Positions 23,116 through 33,829 of a stretch of 64,000 nucleotides of DNA are shown here, piece by piece (within the stretch, counting starts at the first letter, position 1; each line of letters opens with the position of its first letter). The DNA lies in contig JAJOJN010000098.1 in assembly GCA_021208565.1 (NCBI GenBank), forward strand, positions 313 through 64,312. Direction: 5' to 3'. The position numbers were made by a program, and so were the translations under genes. Source of the DNA: Nitrincola sp. GTDB lineage: Bacteria; Pseudomonadota; Gammaproteobacteria; Pseudomonadales; Balneatricaceae. The notes under the pieces are model-generated. The model was not told the origin of the DNA. It worked only from the letters and a program-made list of their open reading frames with translations, and made no database searches.

Positions 23116-24084
23116 ATGCAGCCACATCAGCTAAATCCACTTATCGAACCTCAATTCGATGCCGTTACCGACTTTATTTTGAATAACCTAGGTTCCAATG
23201 TACCACTGGTTGAAAAAATGGGTCACTACATTGTCGAAAGCGGTGGCAAACGGCTTCGTCCCTTGTTGGCATTATTAAGTGCAAATGCCTGTGGTTACAA
23301 GGGAGAACAACATATTCGTCTAGCGGCGGTGATTGAGTTTATTCATACCGCAACGCTTTTACATGATGATGTGGTCGACAATTCAGAACTTCGTCGCGGC
23401 AATGCCACAGCCAACGCGAAATGGGGCAATGCACCTAGCGTTCTGGTAGGTGATTTTCTTTATTCCCGCTCATTTCAGATCATGGTAGAGATTGGCCGCA
23501 TGGAAATCATGCAGGTTATTTCCAACGCCACGACGATTATTGCGGAAGGTGAAGTACTGCAACTGCTTAACCAACGAAATCCCGATACAACCGAAGACAG
23601 CTACATGCAGGTTATCTTAGGTAAAACAGCGATGCTATTTGAAGCAGCAACCGAGTGCGGTGCCATTCTTGCCGAAGCATCTGCTGAAGAAAGAGAAGCA
23701 TTACGCCTTTACGGTCGCCATATCGGCATTGCCTTTCAAATCACTGATGATGTCATGGATTACCTGTCAACAGCGGATGAGATGGGCAAAAATGTGGGTG
23801 ACGATCTTGCTGAAGGCAAAGCAACACTCCCTCTGATTCGCGCCATGCAGTGTGGCTCTGAAGCGGAAAAGCAGATTATTCGCCAAGCCATTCGACAAGG
23901 CGGTATTGGCGATCTTCAACCCGTACTGGATATTGTTAAACGCTCTGGTGCTATAGATTATGCACAGGACGCAGCGAACCAACAGGTCGAGTTAGCGAAA
24001 AATGCTTTAACCGCGATACCAGACAGCTCTTTTAAAGAGACACTTCTAACGCTTGCTAACCTCGCTATTGGCCGTAAAAATTAA
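23116..24084 (+). CDS. ispB: Octaprenyl diphosphate synthase
   Basis: GGKRLRP, LLHDDVVD, FQITDD, GDDLAEGK; start probably ATG 23116. Confidence 0.93.
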   Translation: MQPHQLNPLIEPQFDAVTDFILNNLGSNVPLVEKMGHYIVESGGKRLRPLLALLSANACGYKGEQHIRLAAVIEFIHTATLLHDDVVDNSELRRGNATANAKWGNAPSVLVGDFLYSRSFQIMVEIGRMEIMQVISNATTIIAEGEVLQLLNQRNPDTTEDSYMQVILGKTAMLFEAATECGAILAEASAEEREALRLYGRHIGIAFQITDDVMDYLSTADEMGKNVGDDLAEGKATLPLIRAMQCGSEAEKQIIRQAIRQGGIGDLQPVLDIVKRSGAIDYAQDAANQQVELAKNALTAIPDSSFKETLLTLANLAIGRKN

Positions 24085-24085
24085 T

Positions 24086-24109
24086 AAAGAGTGACCTTAA
24101 TCACTCTTT
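24086..24109 (+). terminator. Hairpin after ispB (weak terminator or operator)
   Basis: AAAGAGTGA-CCTTAA-TCACTCTTT. Confidence 0.45.
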
Positions 24110-24208
24110 GCTGTGCAAATAATCAGCAACAAGTCGTGCCTCTGCTAGACTCAGACGGTATAATCGGCGAAATTATTTGAATTTAACGTTTTGGATAGAC
24201 ACAACTTC

Positions 24209-24724
24209 ATGACTAAGCCCTCCTCTTTTGAACGCGAAGACCTCCTGAAATGCGGCTATGGCGAGATGTTTGGCCCCGGCAACGCTCGTTTACCTGTTGG
24301 TAATATGCTGATGATGGACAGAATCATTACCATTACCGAAGATGGCGGCGAATTTGGCAAGGGCGAAATCATTGCAGAATTAGATATCAACCCTGATCTT
24401 TGGTTCTTTGATTGCCATTTTCCGACCGACCCTGTCATGCCGGGCTGTTTAGGCCTTGATGCCATGTGGCAAATTGTTGGCTTCTTCCTTGGCTGGAAAG
24501 GCAATAAAGGACGTGGACGCGCGCTAGGTGCCGGTGAAGTTAAATTCTTTGGACAAGTACTGCCAACCGCAAAAAAAGTCACCTATCACGTTCAACTTAA
24601 ACGCGTTATCGAGCGTAAATTAGTAATGGGCATTGCTGATGCCAGCATGTCAGTTGATGGACGTGAAATCTACACAGCAAAAGATCTGCGTGTTGGTCTT
24701 TTCACATCAACTGATAACTTTTAA
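24209..24724 (+). CDS. fabA: 3-hydroxydecanoyl-ACP dehydratase/isomerase
   Basis: [24 protein letters not shown]. Confidence 0.97.
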   Translation: MTKPSSFEREDLLKCGYGEMFGPGNARLPVGNMLMMDRIITITEDGGEFGKGEIIAELDINPDLWFFDCHFPTDPVMPGCLGLDAMWQIVGFFLGWKGNKGRGRALGAGEVKFFGQVLPTAKKVTYHVQLKRVIERKLVMGIADASMSVDGREIYTAKDLRVGLFTSTDNF

Positions 24725-24776
24725 TTTGATACTATAATAAATACTCAAGTTACGTCATAGCAGAGAGAGTTAACAC

Positions 24777-25993
24777 ATGCGACGCGTCGTGGTTACCGGA
24801 ATGGGTATCGTTTCTTGCTTAGGCAACGACCCACAAACAGTTCTAGAATCCCTCAAAGAAGGTCGCTCTGGCATACGCTTCCAGCCAGAGTACAAAGAGA
24901 TGGGCTTTCGTAGCCATGTCGCGGGACAAGTCGATATCGATCTGGATAACCTAATCGATCGTAAGTTACGTCGTTTTATGGGAAATGCTTCTGCATATGC
25001 CTATCTTTCCATGAAGCAAGCGATTGAAGATGCCGGATTGACGGAAGATCAAGTATCGAACCTTCGCACCGGACTTATTGCTGGTTCCGGCGGTGCATCT
25101 TCTGCGGATATTGTAGAAAGCGCCGACATTCTCCGCGATAAAGGCGTGCGTCGCGTGGGTCCATACCGTGTAACACGCACCATGGCTCAACCGTTTCAGC
25201 CTGCTTAGCAACTCCTTTCAAGATTAAAGGCGTTAACTATTCCATCACCTCTGCCTGTGCAACCAGTGCGCACTGTATTGGTAATGCAATGGAATTGATT
25301 CAATTGGGCAAACAAGACATTATTTTTGCAGGTGGTGGTGAAGAACTACACTGGTCGCTCAGCGTCATGTTCGATGCCATGGGCGCCTTATCTAGCAAAT
25401 ATAATGACACGCCTGAAAAAGCATCACGTGCCTATGATGCCAACCGTGATGGCTTTGTCATCGCCGGTGGTGGTGGCATGCTGGTTCTGGAAGAACTCGA
25501 ACACGCCAAAGCACGTGGCGCTAAAATCTATGCCGAGATCGTCGGCTATGGTGCTACTTCTGACGGCTATGACATGGTAGCCCCTTCAGGTGAAGGTGCT
25601 GTTCGTTGTATGCAACAAGCCATGGCTACCGTTGATGGCCCAATCGACTATATCAACTCACACGGCACCTCTACCCCTGCGGGCGATATCCAAGAACTCA
25701 AGGCGATGCGCCAGCTGTTTGGCGATAAAATGCCAACCGTCAGTTCGACCAAGTCACTGGCAGGCCACTCATTGGGAGCGACAGGCGTTCAAGAAGCGAT
25801 CTACTGTATCCTAATGCAGCAAAACAATTTCATTTGCGCTTCGGCAAATATTGACGAACTAGATCCTGAGGCTGCAGGCCTTCCTGTTGCCACTGAGCGT
25901 AAAGACAACGTTGATCTCCAACGCGTAATGTCTAACAGCTTTGGTTTTGGCGGCACTAACGCTACCTTGGTTTTACAAAAGTACTCGCAGTAA
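24777..25993 (+). CDS. fabB: Beta-ketoacyl-ACP synthase I (apparent frameshift ~25188)
   Basis: [24 protein letters not shown] in the second frame, [18 protein letters not shown]. Confidence 0.95.
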
Positions 25994-26010
25994 TCTGAAG
26001 CACTTTACAT

Positions 26011-26039
26011 CTAAAAAGCCCGCTATTGCGGCTTTTTAG
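26011..26039. terminator. Bidirectional terminator between fabB and the acyltransferase
   Basis: CTAAAAAGCCCGC-TATT-GCGGCTTTTTAG. Confidence 0.85.
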
Positions 26040-26071
26040 TAGCTGAATTATCACTGATACTTAACCTGGCG

Positions 26072-26785
26072 TTATGCGCCAATCCTCTGCATCTGCTCTA
26101 ACAGCCAAGCCTCAGCTTCAGCTTGTACTTCATCAACAGATCTACCCTGCGTTTGAATCGGCTTTCCAATCACTAATTGAACCGTTCCAGGATATTTGAC
26201 AAAGGACTTACCTGGCCAGCAACGCCCCGCATTGTGCACTACAGGAATAATAGGCACTTGGTTTTTGACCGCCAACATTGCACCTCCTTTATTGAATCGT
26301 CCTGGGTCACCAACAGCGACTCGCGTCCCCTGAGGAAAGATCAACACGGGGATACCTTCTTGTAACCGCTCACTACCTTGACGCAACAACTGTTTGAGCG
26401 CCTCACGACGCTGAGAGCGATCCAGCGCAATGGGCTTTAACAAGGCTAACGCCCAGCCAAATAGCGGTATCTTCAATAACTCTTTCTTTAACACAACGGT
26501 TTGTGGACGAAAAACCAACTGAAAGTAGAGTGTCTCCCACTCACTTTGATGATTTGAAAGGGCTACGTAAGGCTCTCCTTTGGGCAGGTTTTCTAAACCT
26601 TCCACTTGAGTTTTTACACCACAGGTCACACGCAACCAAAAAATGTAGAAATAATTAATACCCGTTAAAAAGATAAAGCGGGCTCGAAAGGGCAATAAGG
26701 GTCCAATCAACAAACACGGAATCGCATAGATCATTGTGATCGGATAAAAACCGACTGCAAACAACAAGGCACGAAGCTTAAGCAT
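26072..26785 (-). CDS. plsC: 1-acyl-sn-glycerol-3-phosphate acyltransferase (PlsC family)
   Basis: SNHQSEWET, LIFPQGTR; start ATG 26785. Confidence 0.85.
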   Translation of the reverse strand: MLKLRALLFAVGFYPITMIYAIPCLLIGPLLPFRARFIFLTGINYFYIFWLRVTCGVKTQVEGLENLPKGEPYVALSNHQSEWETLYFQLVFRPQTVVLKKELLKIPLFGWALALLKPIALDRSQRREALKQLLRQGSERLQEGIPVLIFPQGTRVAVGDPGRFNKGGAMLAVKNQVPIIPVVHNAGRCWPGKSFVKYPGTVQLVIGKPIQTQGRSVDEVQAEAEAWLLEQMQRIGA

Positions 26786-27916
26786 CCGCACTCTCCCCTG
26801 TTTGCTTTTCAATCCGTTCACGATTAAACACAGGATTGGCATACATTGCCTTCAAAAAAGGCTGAGCCAGCTCATCGACTTGCTGTAAACGCTGCTGAAA
26901 TTTCTCTTGCGCTTGGTCACTTTTGGCTTGTTCAGCGGCTGCCAAATGGGTGGCATGAAGATAGTAACCTCCCAAAATTTGACGATCAATTTCAGCGGCT
27001 AGGCCCTCTGGTGTTCGAAACTACCCCGAATAGGCTCACCAAAATCCACATGCACATGACCCTTATCACCCGTAATCCCTCGTACGATACTATCAATATC
27101 TTCAAACTCTGTTTTTTGATATTTACCTGTCGAAGCAATTGCGGCTAACTCGCGGGCCTTCATAGCATCACAGGGGTCTAGCTCATAAGAAATAGAGACG
27201 GGCACAATATTCAATCGCTCTACCATTTCTGCAAAGCTTCGCTGCTTACGGTGAGACATATAAAACATCTTTAACAGTGTCGGATCGGTCTTATCATTGC
27301 CATCTTTGGAGCGCCCTTCACGCTGCGCGATCCAAACTGAATGACCGGTTTGAATACTGTGGTCGATATACTCCGATAACTGAGTCATCGCCGCCATCAT
27401 TTCTCGTGGTGCTTTTATAGAGCGCTTAACAATAAAGCTTTTGTTTAAGCGCATTAAATCAGAGACATAGGGCTTTCTCAGCAGGTTATCACCAATCGCA
27501 ATCCTTACCGTGTTCATACCGTACTGATAAAGCGCCCAGTTCACGAAAGCTGGATCCATCGCAATATCTCGATGATTCGAGACAAACAGATAAGCCTCTT
27601 GCGGATCTAACCGATCAATACCACTACAACTCAACTTCGTGGTGGTGCGATTGATCATCTTGGTCATATAACCCGCTACCATTTGCTGGAAGCTGGTGAC
27701 ACTCTCAATCTCACCCACTTTTGCTGCCAAGGCGATACGAACTACAGGTCGTAGTAGTCGACGAACAATATTCGGTAGACGTGGAAACTGATAATGAGTA
27801 ATCACATCGACCAGTTCATTGTCACGCACCATTCTGTTTAAGACTTCCGAAACCTCACTGTCGCGGTAAGGACGAATTGCCTGATAAGGATCAGCTTTAA
27901 GATCTTCTACACTCAT
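26778..27916 (-). CDS. Glycerolipid acyltransferase family protein (apparent frameshift ~27005)
   Basis: SNHRDIAMDP, IAIGDNLL, WIAQREGRSKDG; C-terminus LKAMYANPV in ORF 26778..26975. Confidence 0.85.
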
Positions 27917-28091
27917 GGAATTGCTAACAACCTGACAATAAAAAGCAGTATTTTATCTTGTTCTGGATCAAATTACAGTGATTAGCCTTCACAAGCCACA
28001 GATCATTAGGGGTAAGCCGAGCCTAGGGTTACGACTTTGCGCCGATAATGTATAATAGCCACTCTTACAAAACACACACCTTAAAAGGAAA

Positions 28092-28144
28092 GCCACTTGA
28101 TCCTGAGTCCACCCTAGCGCTCACCTTTCTTCCTGATCTTGTGG
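28092..28144 (+). ncRNA. Candidate sul1-like cis-regulatory RNA
   Basis: GCCAC...TCCTGAGTCCACC...GCTCACC...GTGG in the 5' UTR of a SulP gene; resembles the sul1 motif from memory, not verified. Confidence 0.45.
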
Positions 28145-28203
28145 AATCTTTATCTTTTGCTGCAAGCAGCTTATCACTCAACTGTTGAAACACGGAAACT
28201 TTT

Positions 28204-29682
28204 ATGCTGTTCTCTTCTACACGCCAAGATTGGTTTGGCAATGTGCGTGGCGATTTATTAGCCGGTCTTGTCGTCGCCCTAGCGCTGATTCCTGAAGCCA
28301 TTGCCTTCTCTATTATCGCTGGTGTCGACCCCCGTGTCGGTCTCTATGCCTCCTTCTGTATTGCGGTCATTATCGCTATTGTGGGTGGACGACCCGGTAT
28401 GATCTCAGCGGCTACAGGCGCGATGGCGCTCTTGATGGTCACACTGGTTCGTGAACACGGCCTGGAGTATTTGCTTGCGGCCACCCTATTAACCGGTGTC
28501 CTTCAAATCATCGCCGGTTATATCAAGCTCGGCAGCTTAATGCGATTTGTCTCTCGCTCAGTTGTGACTGGATTCGTAAACGCCTTAGCCATTTTGATTT
28601 TTATGGCACAACTTCCCGAGTTAACCGATGTCACTTGGCACGTTTATGCGATGACCGCTGGCGGTTTGGCCATCATTTATCTGTTCCCCTATATCAATAA
28701 AACCATTCCCTCCCCCTTAGTCTGTATTGTGGTGATGACCGGTTTAGCCTACTGGATGGGATTAGATATTCGCACGGTTAGTGATATGGGCGATTTACCG
28801 GATACACTGCCCGTATTTCTATGGCCAGATGTTCCACTGAATCTGGAAACCTTATGGATTATATTGCCCTACTCATTGGCACTGACCATTGTCGGTCTTC
28901 TGGAATCACTGATGACCGCCACCATCGTCGATGATCTCACCGATACCAAAAGTGATAAAAATCGCGAATGTAAAGGCCAAGGGGTTGCCAACATAGGTGC
29001 AGGCTTAATGGGCGGTATGGCCGGTTGTGCGATGATTGGCCAGTCCATCATCAACATTAAATCTGGAGGTCGAGGCCGACTATCCACCATGACAGCTGGC
29101 GTTGTGCTTTTAATTATGGTGGTCTTTTTAAGTGATTTGATTGGCATGATTCCTATGGCCGCCTTAGTGGCTGTTATGATTATGGTCTCCATCGGCACCT
29201 TCAGCTGGAGCTCTATTACGGATCTAAAAAAACACCCCATGTCGACAAATTTGGTGATGGTGGCCACGGTCGTTGTTGTCGTTGCGACACATAACCTCGC
29301 CTACGGTGTCTTTGTGGGTGTACTGATAGCATCCCTTAACTTTGCTAATAAAGTCGGCAAGTTCCTCTATATTGGCTCTGAGATGAGCGGTGAGAACACA
29401 CGAACCTACCATGTGGTAGGCCAGGTGTTCTTTAGCTCAGCCGATCGTTTTATGGATTCATTTAACTTCAAAGAAGATCTTGATAAGGTCATTATCGACC
29501 TAACGCGAGCACATTTTTGGGATATCACGGCGGTAGGGGCACTGGATAAGGTCGTAATTAAGTTCCGGCGCGAAGGTGTAGACGTTGAGCTGATCGGCAT
29601 GAACGAAGCCAGCGCAACCATTGTTGACCGTTACGGGGTCCATGACAAACCTGAAGCCATCGACAAACTGATGGGTCACTAA
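28204..29682 (+). CDS. SulP/SLC26 anion transporter with STAS domain
   Basis: ALIPEAIAFS, RPGMISAATGA, GCAMIGQS, C-terminal STAS (VIIDLTRAHFWDIT). Confidence 0.93.
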   Translation: MLFSSTRQDWFGNVRGDLLAGLVVALALIPEAIAFSIIAGVDPRVGLYASFCIAVIIAIVGGRPGMISAATGAMALLMVTLVREHGLEYLLAATLLTGVLQIIAGYIKLGSLMRFVSRSVVTGFVNALAILIFMAQLPELTDVTWHVYAMTAGGLAIIYLFPYINKTIPSPLVCIVVMTGLAYWMGLDIRTVSDMGDLPDTLPVFLWPDVPLNLETLWIILPYSLALTIVGLLESLMTATIVDDLTDTKSDKNRECKGQGVANIGAGLMGGMAGCAMIGQSIINIKSGGRGRLSTMTAGVVLLIMVVFLSDLIGMIPMAALVAVMIMVSIGTFSWSSITDLKKHPMSTNLVMVATVVVVVATHNLAYGVFVGVLIASLNFANKVGKFLYIGSEMSGENTRTYHVVGQVFFSSADRFMDSFNFKEDLDKVIIDLTRAHFWDITAVGALDKVVIKFRREGVDVELIGMNEASATIVDRYGVHDKPEAIDKLMGH

Positions 29683-29695
29683 GAAGGAATTCATC

Positions 29696-30548
29696 ATGAA
29701 CAAAGTGATCGCCTGTATCGATACCTTTAACCATACAGCGGAAACGGTCTGTGATTTTGCGGCTTGGAGCAGCCAGCAAATGCAGTCCCCGTTGACGCTA
29801 CTGCATATTTTAGAAAAAGCTGACAAGCCTGCTAAGGTCAACTTGAGCGGCAGTATCGGACTCGGTGCTAGAGAGCAGCTCATGGATGAACTTTCTGAAC
29901 TCGATGAAAAACGGTCTAAGATTCTAAAAGAGCAAGGACGACTGATGCTGAAAGAAGCCAAACAGCGCGCTGCAAATGACGGCGTCGAAGAGGCTGAAAC
30001 CCTACAACTGCATGGGGACTTGATCGAAAACTTATTAGAACTTGAAAAGGAGATTCGTTTACTGGTGATGGGGCGTGAGGGCAGTCACGAGAATACACCT
30101 TCACATATAGGATCACATTTAGAAAGTGTGATCCGTACCCTGCACCAACCCATATTGATTACCGTCGGTGACTTTAAAGCACCGCAACGTTTTATGATTG
30201 CCTACGATGCCAGTGAAACCGCCAAAAAAGGCGGTGGATAGGGTTGCTGGAAGCCCACTATTAAAAGGCATACCCTGCACGCTTTTAATGGTCGGTGCAG
30301 ACACCAATATAGCGCATGAACAACTCAAGGAAGCCGCACGTACACTTGAAAAAGAAGGCTTTAGCGTTGATCTGCATTTAAAAGCAGGCGATGTCGATCA
30401 GGTGATAGATCAAACAGTCAGCGACTTGAATATCGACCTACTCGTGATGGGCGCCTATGGACACTCGCGTATTCGCCAGTTTTTAGTGGGAAGTACGACC
30501 ACAAAACTACTTCAACACAGTCGCATTCCAGTTCTGTTGCTGCGTTAA
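29696..30548 (+). CDS. Tandem-domain universal stress protein (apparent frameshift in A-run ~30224-30229)
   Basis: LLVMGREG..IGSHLESVIR; second domain LLVMGAYGHSRIRQFLVGSTT. Confidence 0.9.
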
Positions 30549-30651
30549 TACTCATAGAGCGATTGACGTTTCATGTTAATCACTCTAGCCGTCTTTTCAT
30601 TGCACCCATAGCTGAGCATGGTAGAGTATAGGCATTCGCCATAAGGAAAAT

Positions 30652-32019
30652 GTGCCAATGCCTAAGTTTTCAAGAAACATTCGACTTTTCTTTGCGCTTA
30701 TCAGCGACTCTATCCGCGTTCTGATTCCCTTTATTCTTCTCGGTGCTGTCTTCTTTTATATTGCATGGCAATTTGTAGAACCTGCACCTCCCAGTCAATT
30801 TAGTTTAGCCACAGGTAGTTCAGGTGGGGCTTATGAACAAATTGGCCAACGTTATGCTGAGTCTTTTGCTAAGAGTGATTTTGAGCTAGAACTGGTTAAT
30901 TCAGGTGGATCGGTTGAAAACTGGCAGTTGTTGCTAGACGGTCAGGTTGATGCCGCCATTGTTCAAAGTGGCACACTGCCGATTCTAGACGAGATCCCAC
31001 TGGATGCCGTTGTCAGTATTGCACTGGAGCCCCTATTTGTTTTTTATCGTCCCGATCGAGTGAACCTTGCCGATACCGACTTTCTCACCAGTCTAGATCA
31101 GCTTGTGGGTATGAAAATAGCTGTCGGGGGTGAAGGTAGCGGCACTCGTCAGTTGATTTACATGCTCTTAGAAGAAGCAGGACTGTTGGAGTTTTATGAA
31201 GCGCGCGCTCAGTTGATTGAAATAGGGGGTCAACAGGCTCTCGAAGCCTTGCAAGCGGGTGAAATCGATGCCGCCGCTTTTGTGATGGCACCGGAAGCTC
31301 CACTCATGGCTGAGTTGCTCGCTGATCCCGAGCTGCAAATCATGAACTTTTCTCGAGCGCCTGCTTTGGAACGTCGCTTTCCATTTTTAACCCAAGTGAC
31401 GTTATTTCAAGGTGTTGTAGATCTTCAAGCCAACCTGCCCAACCGCGATATCCAACTGATTGCGCCAGCGACTTACATTGCGATTCGCCAAGGGGTTCAT
31501 CAATCCATCGTGCAGCTTTTAATCGAAGCAGCCAAGGCAGATCAAAATAGGATTAGTTTGATTTCTGACATCAATGAATTCCCATCCTTACGCTATACCG
31601 ATATTCCTATCGCATCAGATGCACAGTACTTCTTTGAGCGAGGCCCCAATATTCTGCACCGCCATTTTCCTTTCTGGGTAGCGTCCTTGATTGACCGCAT
31701 GGCGATTCTGATCATCCCTCTTTTAGCGATATTGATCCCTCTGATGCGCATGGCTCCGCCAGCATTTAGATGGCGAATTAGGCGTCGTATTTACCGCTGG
31801 TACAAACGATTACGAGTGATCGACGACGACTTGGCAAAACCAGATTTACCGAAGGAGCTTATTCAAAGTGATCTTGAGTTGGTGAAACAGTTCGAAAATG
31901 AGGTTGCAGATACTGTAGTCCCACTTTCATATATGGAAGAGTTCTACAACCTCAGATTGCATGTCGCCTATATCCGTAGCCGACTTGAGGAGCGTCTCTC
32001 CAGTATTGAAAAGACCTAA
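30652..32019 (+). CDS. TAXI-family solute-binding protein with N- and C-terminal membrane segments
   Basis: LATGSSGGAY, SGGSVENW, IAVGGEGSGT; C-terminal PFWVASLIDR..ILIIP..WRIRRRIYRWY..VPLSYMEEFYNLRLH. Confidence 0.8.
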   Translation: MPMPKFSRNIRLFFALISDSIRVLIPFILLGAVFFYIAWQFVEPAPPSQFSLATGSSGGAYEQIGQRYAESFAKSDFELELVNSGGSVENWQLLLDGQVDAAIVQSGTLPILDEIPLDAVVSIALEPLFVFYRPDRVNLADTDFLTSLDQLVGMKIAVGGEGSGTRQLIYMLLEEAGLLEFYEARAQLIEIGGQQALEALQAGEIDAAAFVMAPEAPLMAELLADPELQIMNFSRAPALERRFPFLTQVTLFQGVVDLQANLPNRDIQLIAPATYIAIRQGVHQSIVQLLIEAAKADQNRISLISDINEFPSLRYTDIPIASDAQYFFERGPNILHRHFPFWVASLIDRMAILIIPLLAILIPLMRMAPPAFRWRIRRRIYRWYKRLRVIDDDLAKPDLPKELIQSDLELVKQFENEVADTVVPLSYMEEFYNLRLHVAYIRSRLEERLSSIEKT

Positions 32020-32028
32020 TAGTCAGCG

Positions 32029-32418
32029 TTATTGCATATGCGCTTGAAGCTGTGCCTTTTGTTCTTCTGATAAAGGCATGGTTTTTCCGGCAGCGAAATC
32101 ATAGCGAACCATCGTTGCTTCGCCTTTTGCTCCCAGAGATCCATTTTGCCAAACTTCTTGATGAACACCGAAGGAACTACCGCCAATCCTACTGACTGTG
32201 GTACGAATTTCCACATCGCTGCCGTAAAATAGCTCACCCACAAAATCGACTTCAATGCGCGCCAGTATCAGCTGCCACTTTTTCATATCGAGATCAGGTG
32301 TAAATATTTTAAATAAATCGTTACGCGCAGCTTCAAACCATTGCGGCACACGTGTGTTATTGATATGACCTAAGCCATCAGTATCATAAAATGCTGGTGA
32401 TATTTGCTGAGTGAACAT
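32029..32418 (-). CDS. 4HBT/YbgC-family acyl-CoA thioesterase
   Basis: FYDTDGLGHINN..WFEAAR. Confidence 0.88.
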   Translation of the reverse strand: MFTQQISPAFYDTDGLGHINNTRVPQWFEAARNDLFKIFTPDLDMKKWQLILARIEVDFVGELFYGSDVEIRTTVSRIGGSSFGVHQEVWQNGSLGAKGEATMVRYDFAAGKTMPLSEEQKAQLQAHMQ

Positions 32419-32433
32419 CGTTCAATTCCTTGA

Positions 32434-33750
32434 TTAGCTTATCTTTAACCAAGGGCTGAGTATATCACGACAAGCTAAAGAAACTCGCAATCTGGCAAAT
32501 AATAGATACATCCCCGCCAGCTTTCGGTGCAAAAACAGCGCGTCTACGGGAGGTGAGTGCCAATAGCCTTCTTGTAAACTCAGCTGCATACCCTGATCGC
32601 GTAAACGACGCGCCAAATCCGTCGCACCAAAGTCATAACGCTCGGCACGTAAAGGCTCCATGGCAAGCTCAAAGAGCTGCAATACGGCTTGTTGTTGAGC
32701 GTGGGTAATCTCTTTATTGAAATAACCTATTTGGGTGGCTGCCGCCAGCAAACCTTCTTTATCTTGGGTAAGACCTGCCGCAAAGAGCGCTCGGTACGCA
32801 TCTACTAGTTCGGTTCGATATTCCCTGGTTGCACCGAAATCCAACAGCACCAACTGAGAGGTGTTAGGATCATACATAAAATTCGCAAAATTTGGGTCCG
32901 TCTGAACTCGTTTAAACTCGAACAACTCACGAAATAGTAACGATAACAGCAACTCTGCACATCGATTACGCTCTGATTGCGGATATTCCAATAAGGCTTC
33001 CACCGGCACACCCTCTTCATAACTCATGGCTAGAAGATTGCGGCTGCTAAACTGGGGATAAAAAGCAGGAACCCTGAATCGAGAATCATCTGCTAGAAGC
33101 TTCCGATATTCTTGAAGGTGGATGGCTTCAAGCTGATAATCCGCTTCAGCATGGAGTTGCTGCTTGGCCTCTTCAACTAGATCATCGGCAATCACACCTT
33201 CGGGTAGCAGACGTGAAATTTTCAACAACGTAATGACGTTATCCACATCGGAATCAATGCTGGTTGCAACACCGGGGTACTGAATTTTAATGGCTAGAGG
33301 TTGACCCTCTTTAGAGATAGCTCGATGGACTTGACCTATTGAGGCCGCTGCAATGGGAGAGAAACCAAATTGTTCAAACTGATCCTGCCACCCATCTCCA
33401 AGATTCTCCTCTAATACATTGGCAAGTTGCAGCATTGGCATCGGCGTTGCGCCAGCCCTAAGCGTAGATAACAGCTCAGCGAGTTCGGGGGGCATCAGAT
33501 CCCCTGCATCCATGGATAACAACTGACCTAATTTCATGGCAGCGCCACGAAGGTGCGAAAGTTTTTCGGCGACACGTCGAACATTCGCTGGCGTGAGCAG
33601 TAAGTCTTTCGAAACAGGACGGTTTCCCGCAGCTAACTGACGGGCACCTTCCGCTAACATACCACTTGCCACTCGGGTCACCAGTCCACCCATGTGAGCC
33701 ATGCGAGACAAACGTCCAGCAGGGACAGGACGCGAGACATTATCTTTCAA
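32434..33750 (-). CDS. ABC1/UbiB-family atypical kinase (COQ8-like)
   Basis: LRGAAMKLGQLLS, AAASIGQVH, KIQYPGV, QTDPNFANF, LLDFGA. Confidence 0.9.
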   Translation of the reverse strand: MKDNVSRPVPAGRLSRMAHMGGLVTRVASGMLAEGARQLAAGNRPVSKDLLLTPANVRRVAEKLSHLRGAAMKLGQLLSMDAGDLMPPELAELLSTLRAGATPMPMLQLANVLEENLGDGWQDQFEQFGFSPIAAASIGQVHRAISKEGQPLAIKIQYPGVATSIDSDVDNVITLLKISRLLPEGVIADDLVEEAKQQLHAEADYQLEAIHLQEYRKLLADDSRFRVPAFYPQFSSRNLLAMSYEEGVPVEALLEYPQSERNRCAELLLSLLFRELFEFKRVQTDPNFANFMYDPNTSQLVLLDFGATREYRTELVDAYRALFAAGLTQDKEGLLAAATQIGYFNKEITHAQQQAVLQLFELAMEPLRAERYDFGATDLARRLRDQGMQLSLQEGYWHSPPVDALFLHRKLAGMYLLFARLRVSLACRDILSPWLKIS

Positions 33751-33829
33751 ACGGATTTCTCCTTGCTCAATTCCTTATTGACTTCAGGTACGCTGAAAAC
33801 ACCGCTTCAGCCCACCCTGAGCAAGTGAT

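Noticed and set aside
28022-28048. GCCGATAA as a sigma28 promoter for sulP
   Set aside because: No TAAA -35 element at the right spacing, and a sigma70 TATAAT follows immediately.
28048-28188. 46-codon ORF (MYNSHSYK...) upstream of sulP as a leader peptide
   Set aside because: Its ATG overlaps the probable -10 box, so it would not be on the transcript, and it has no RBS.
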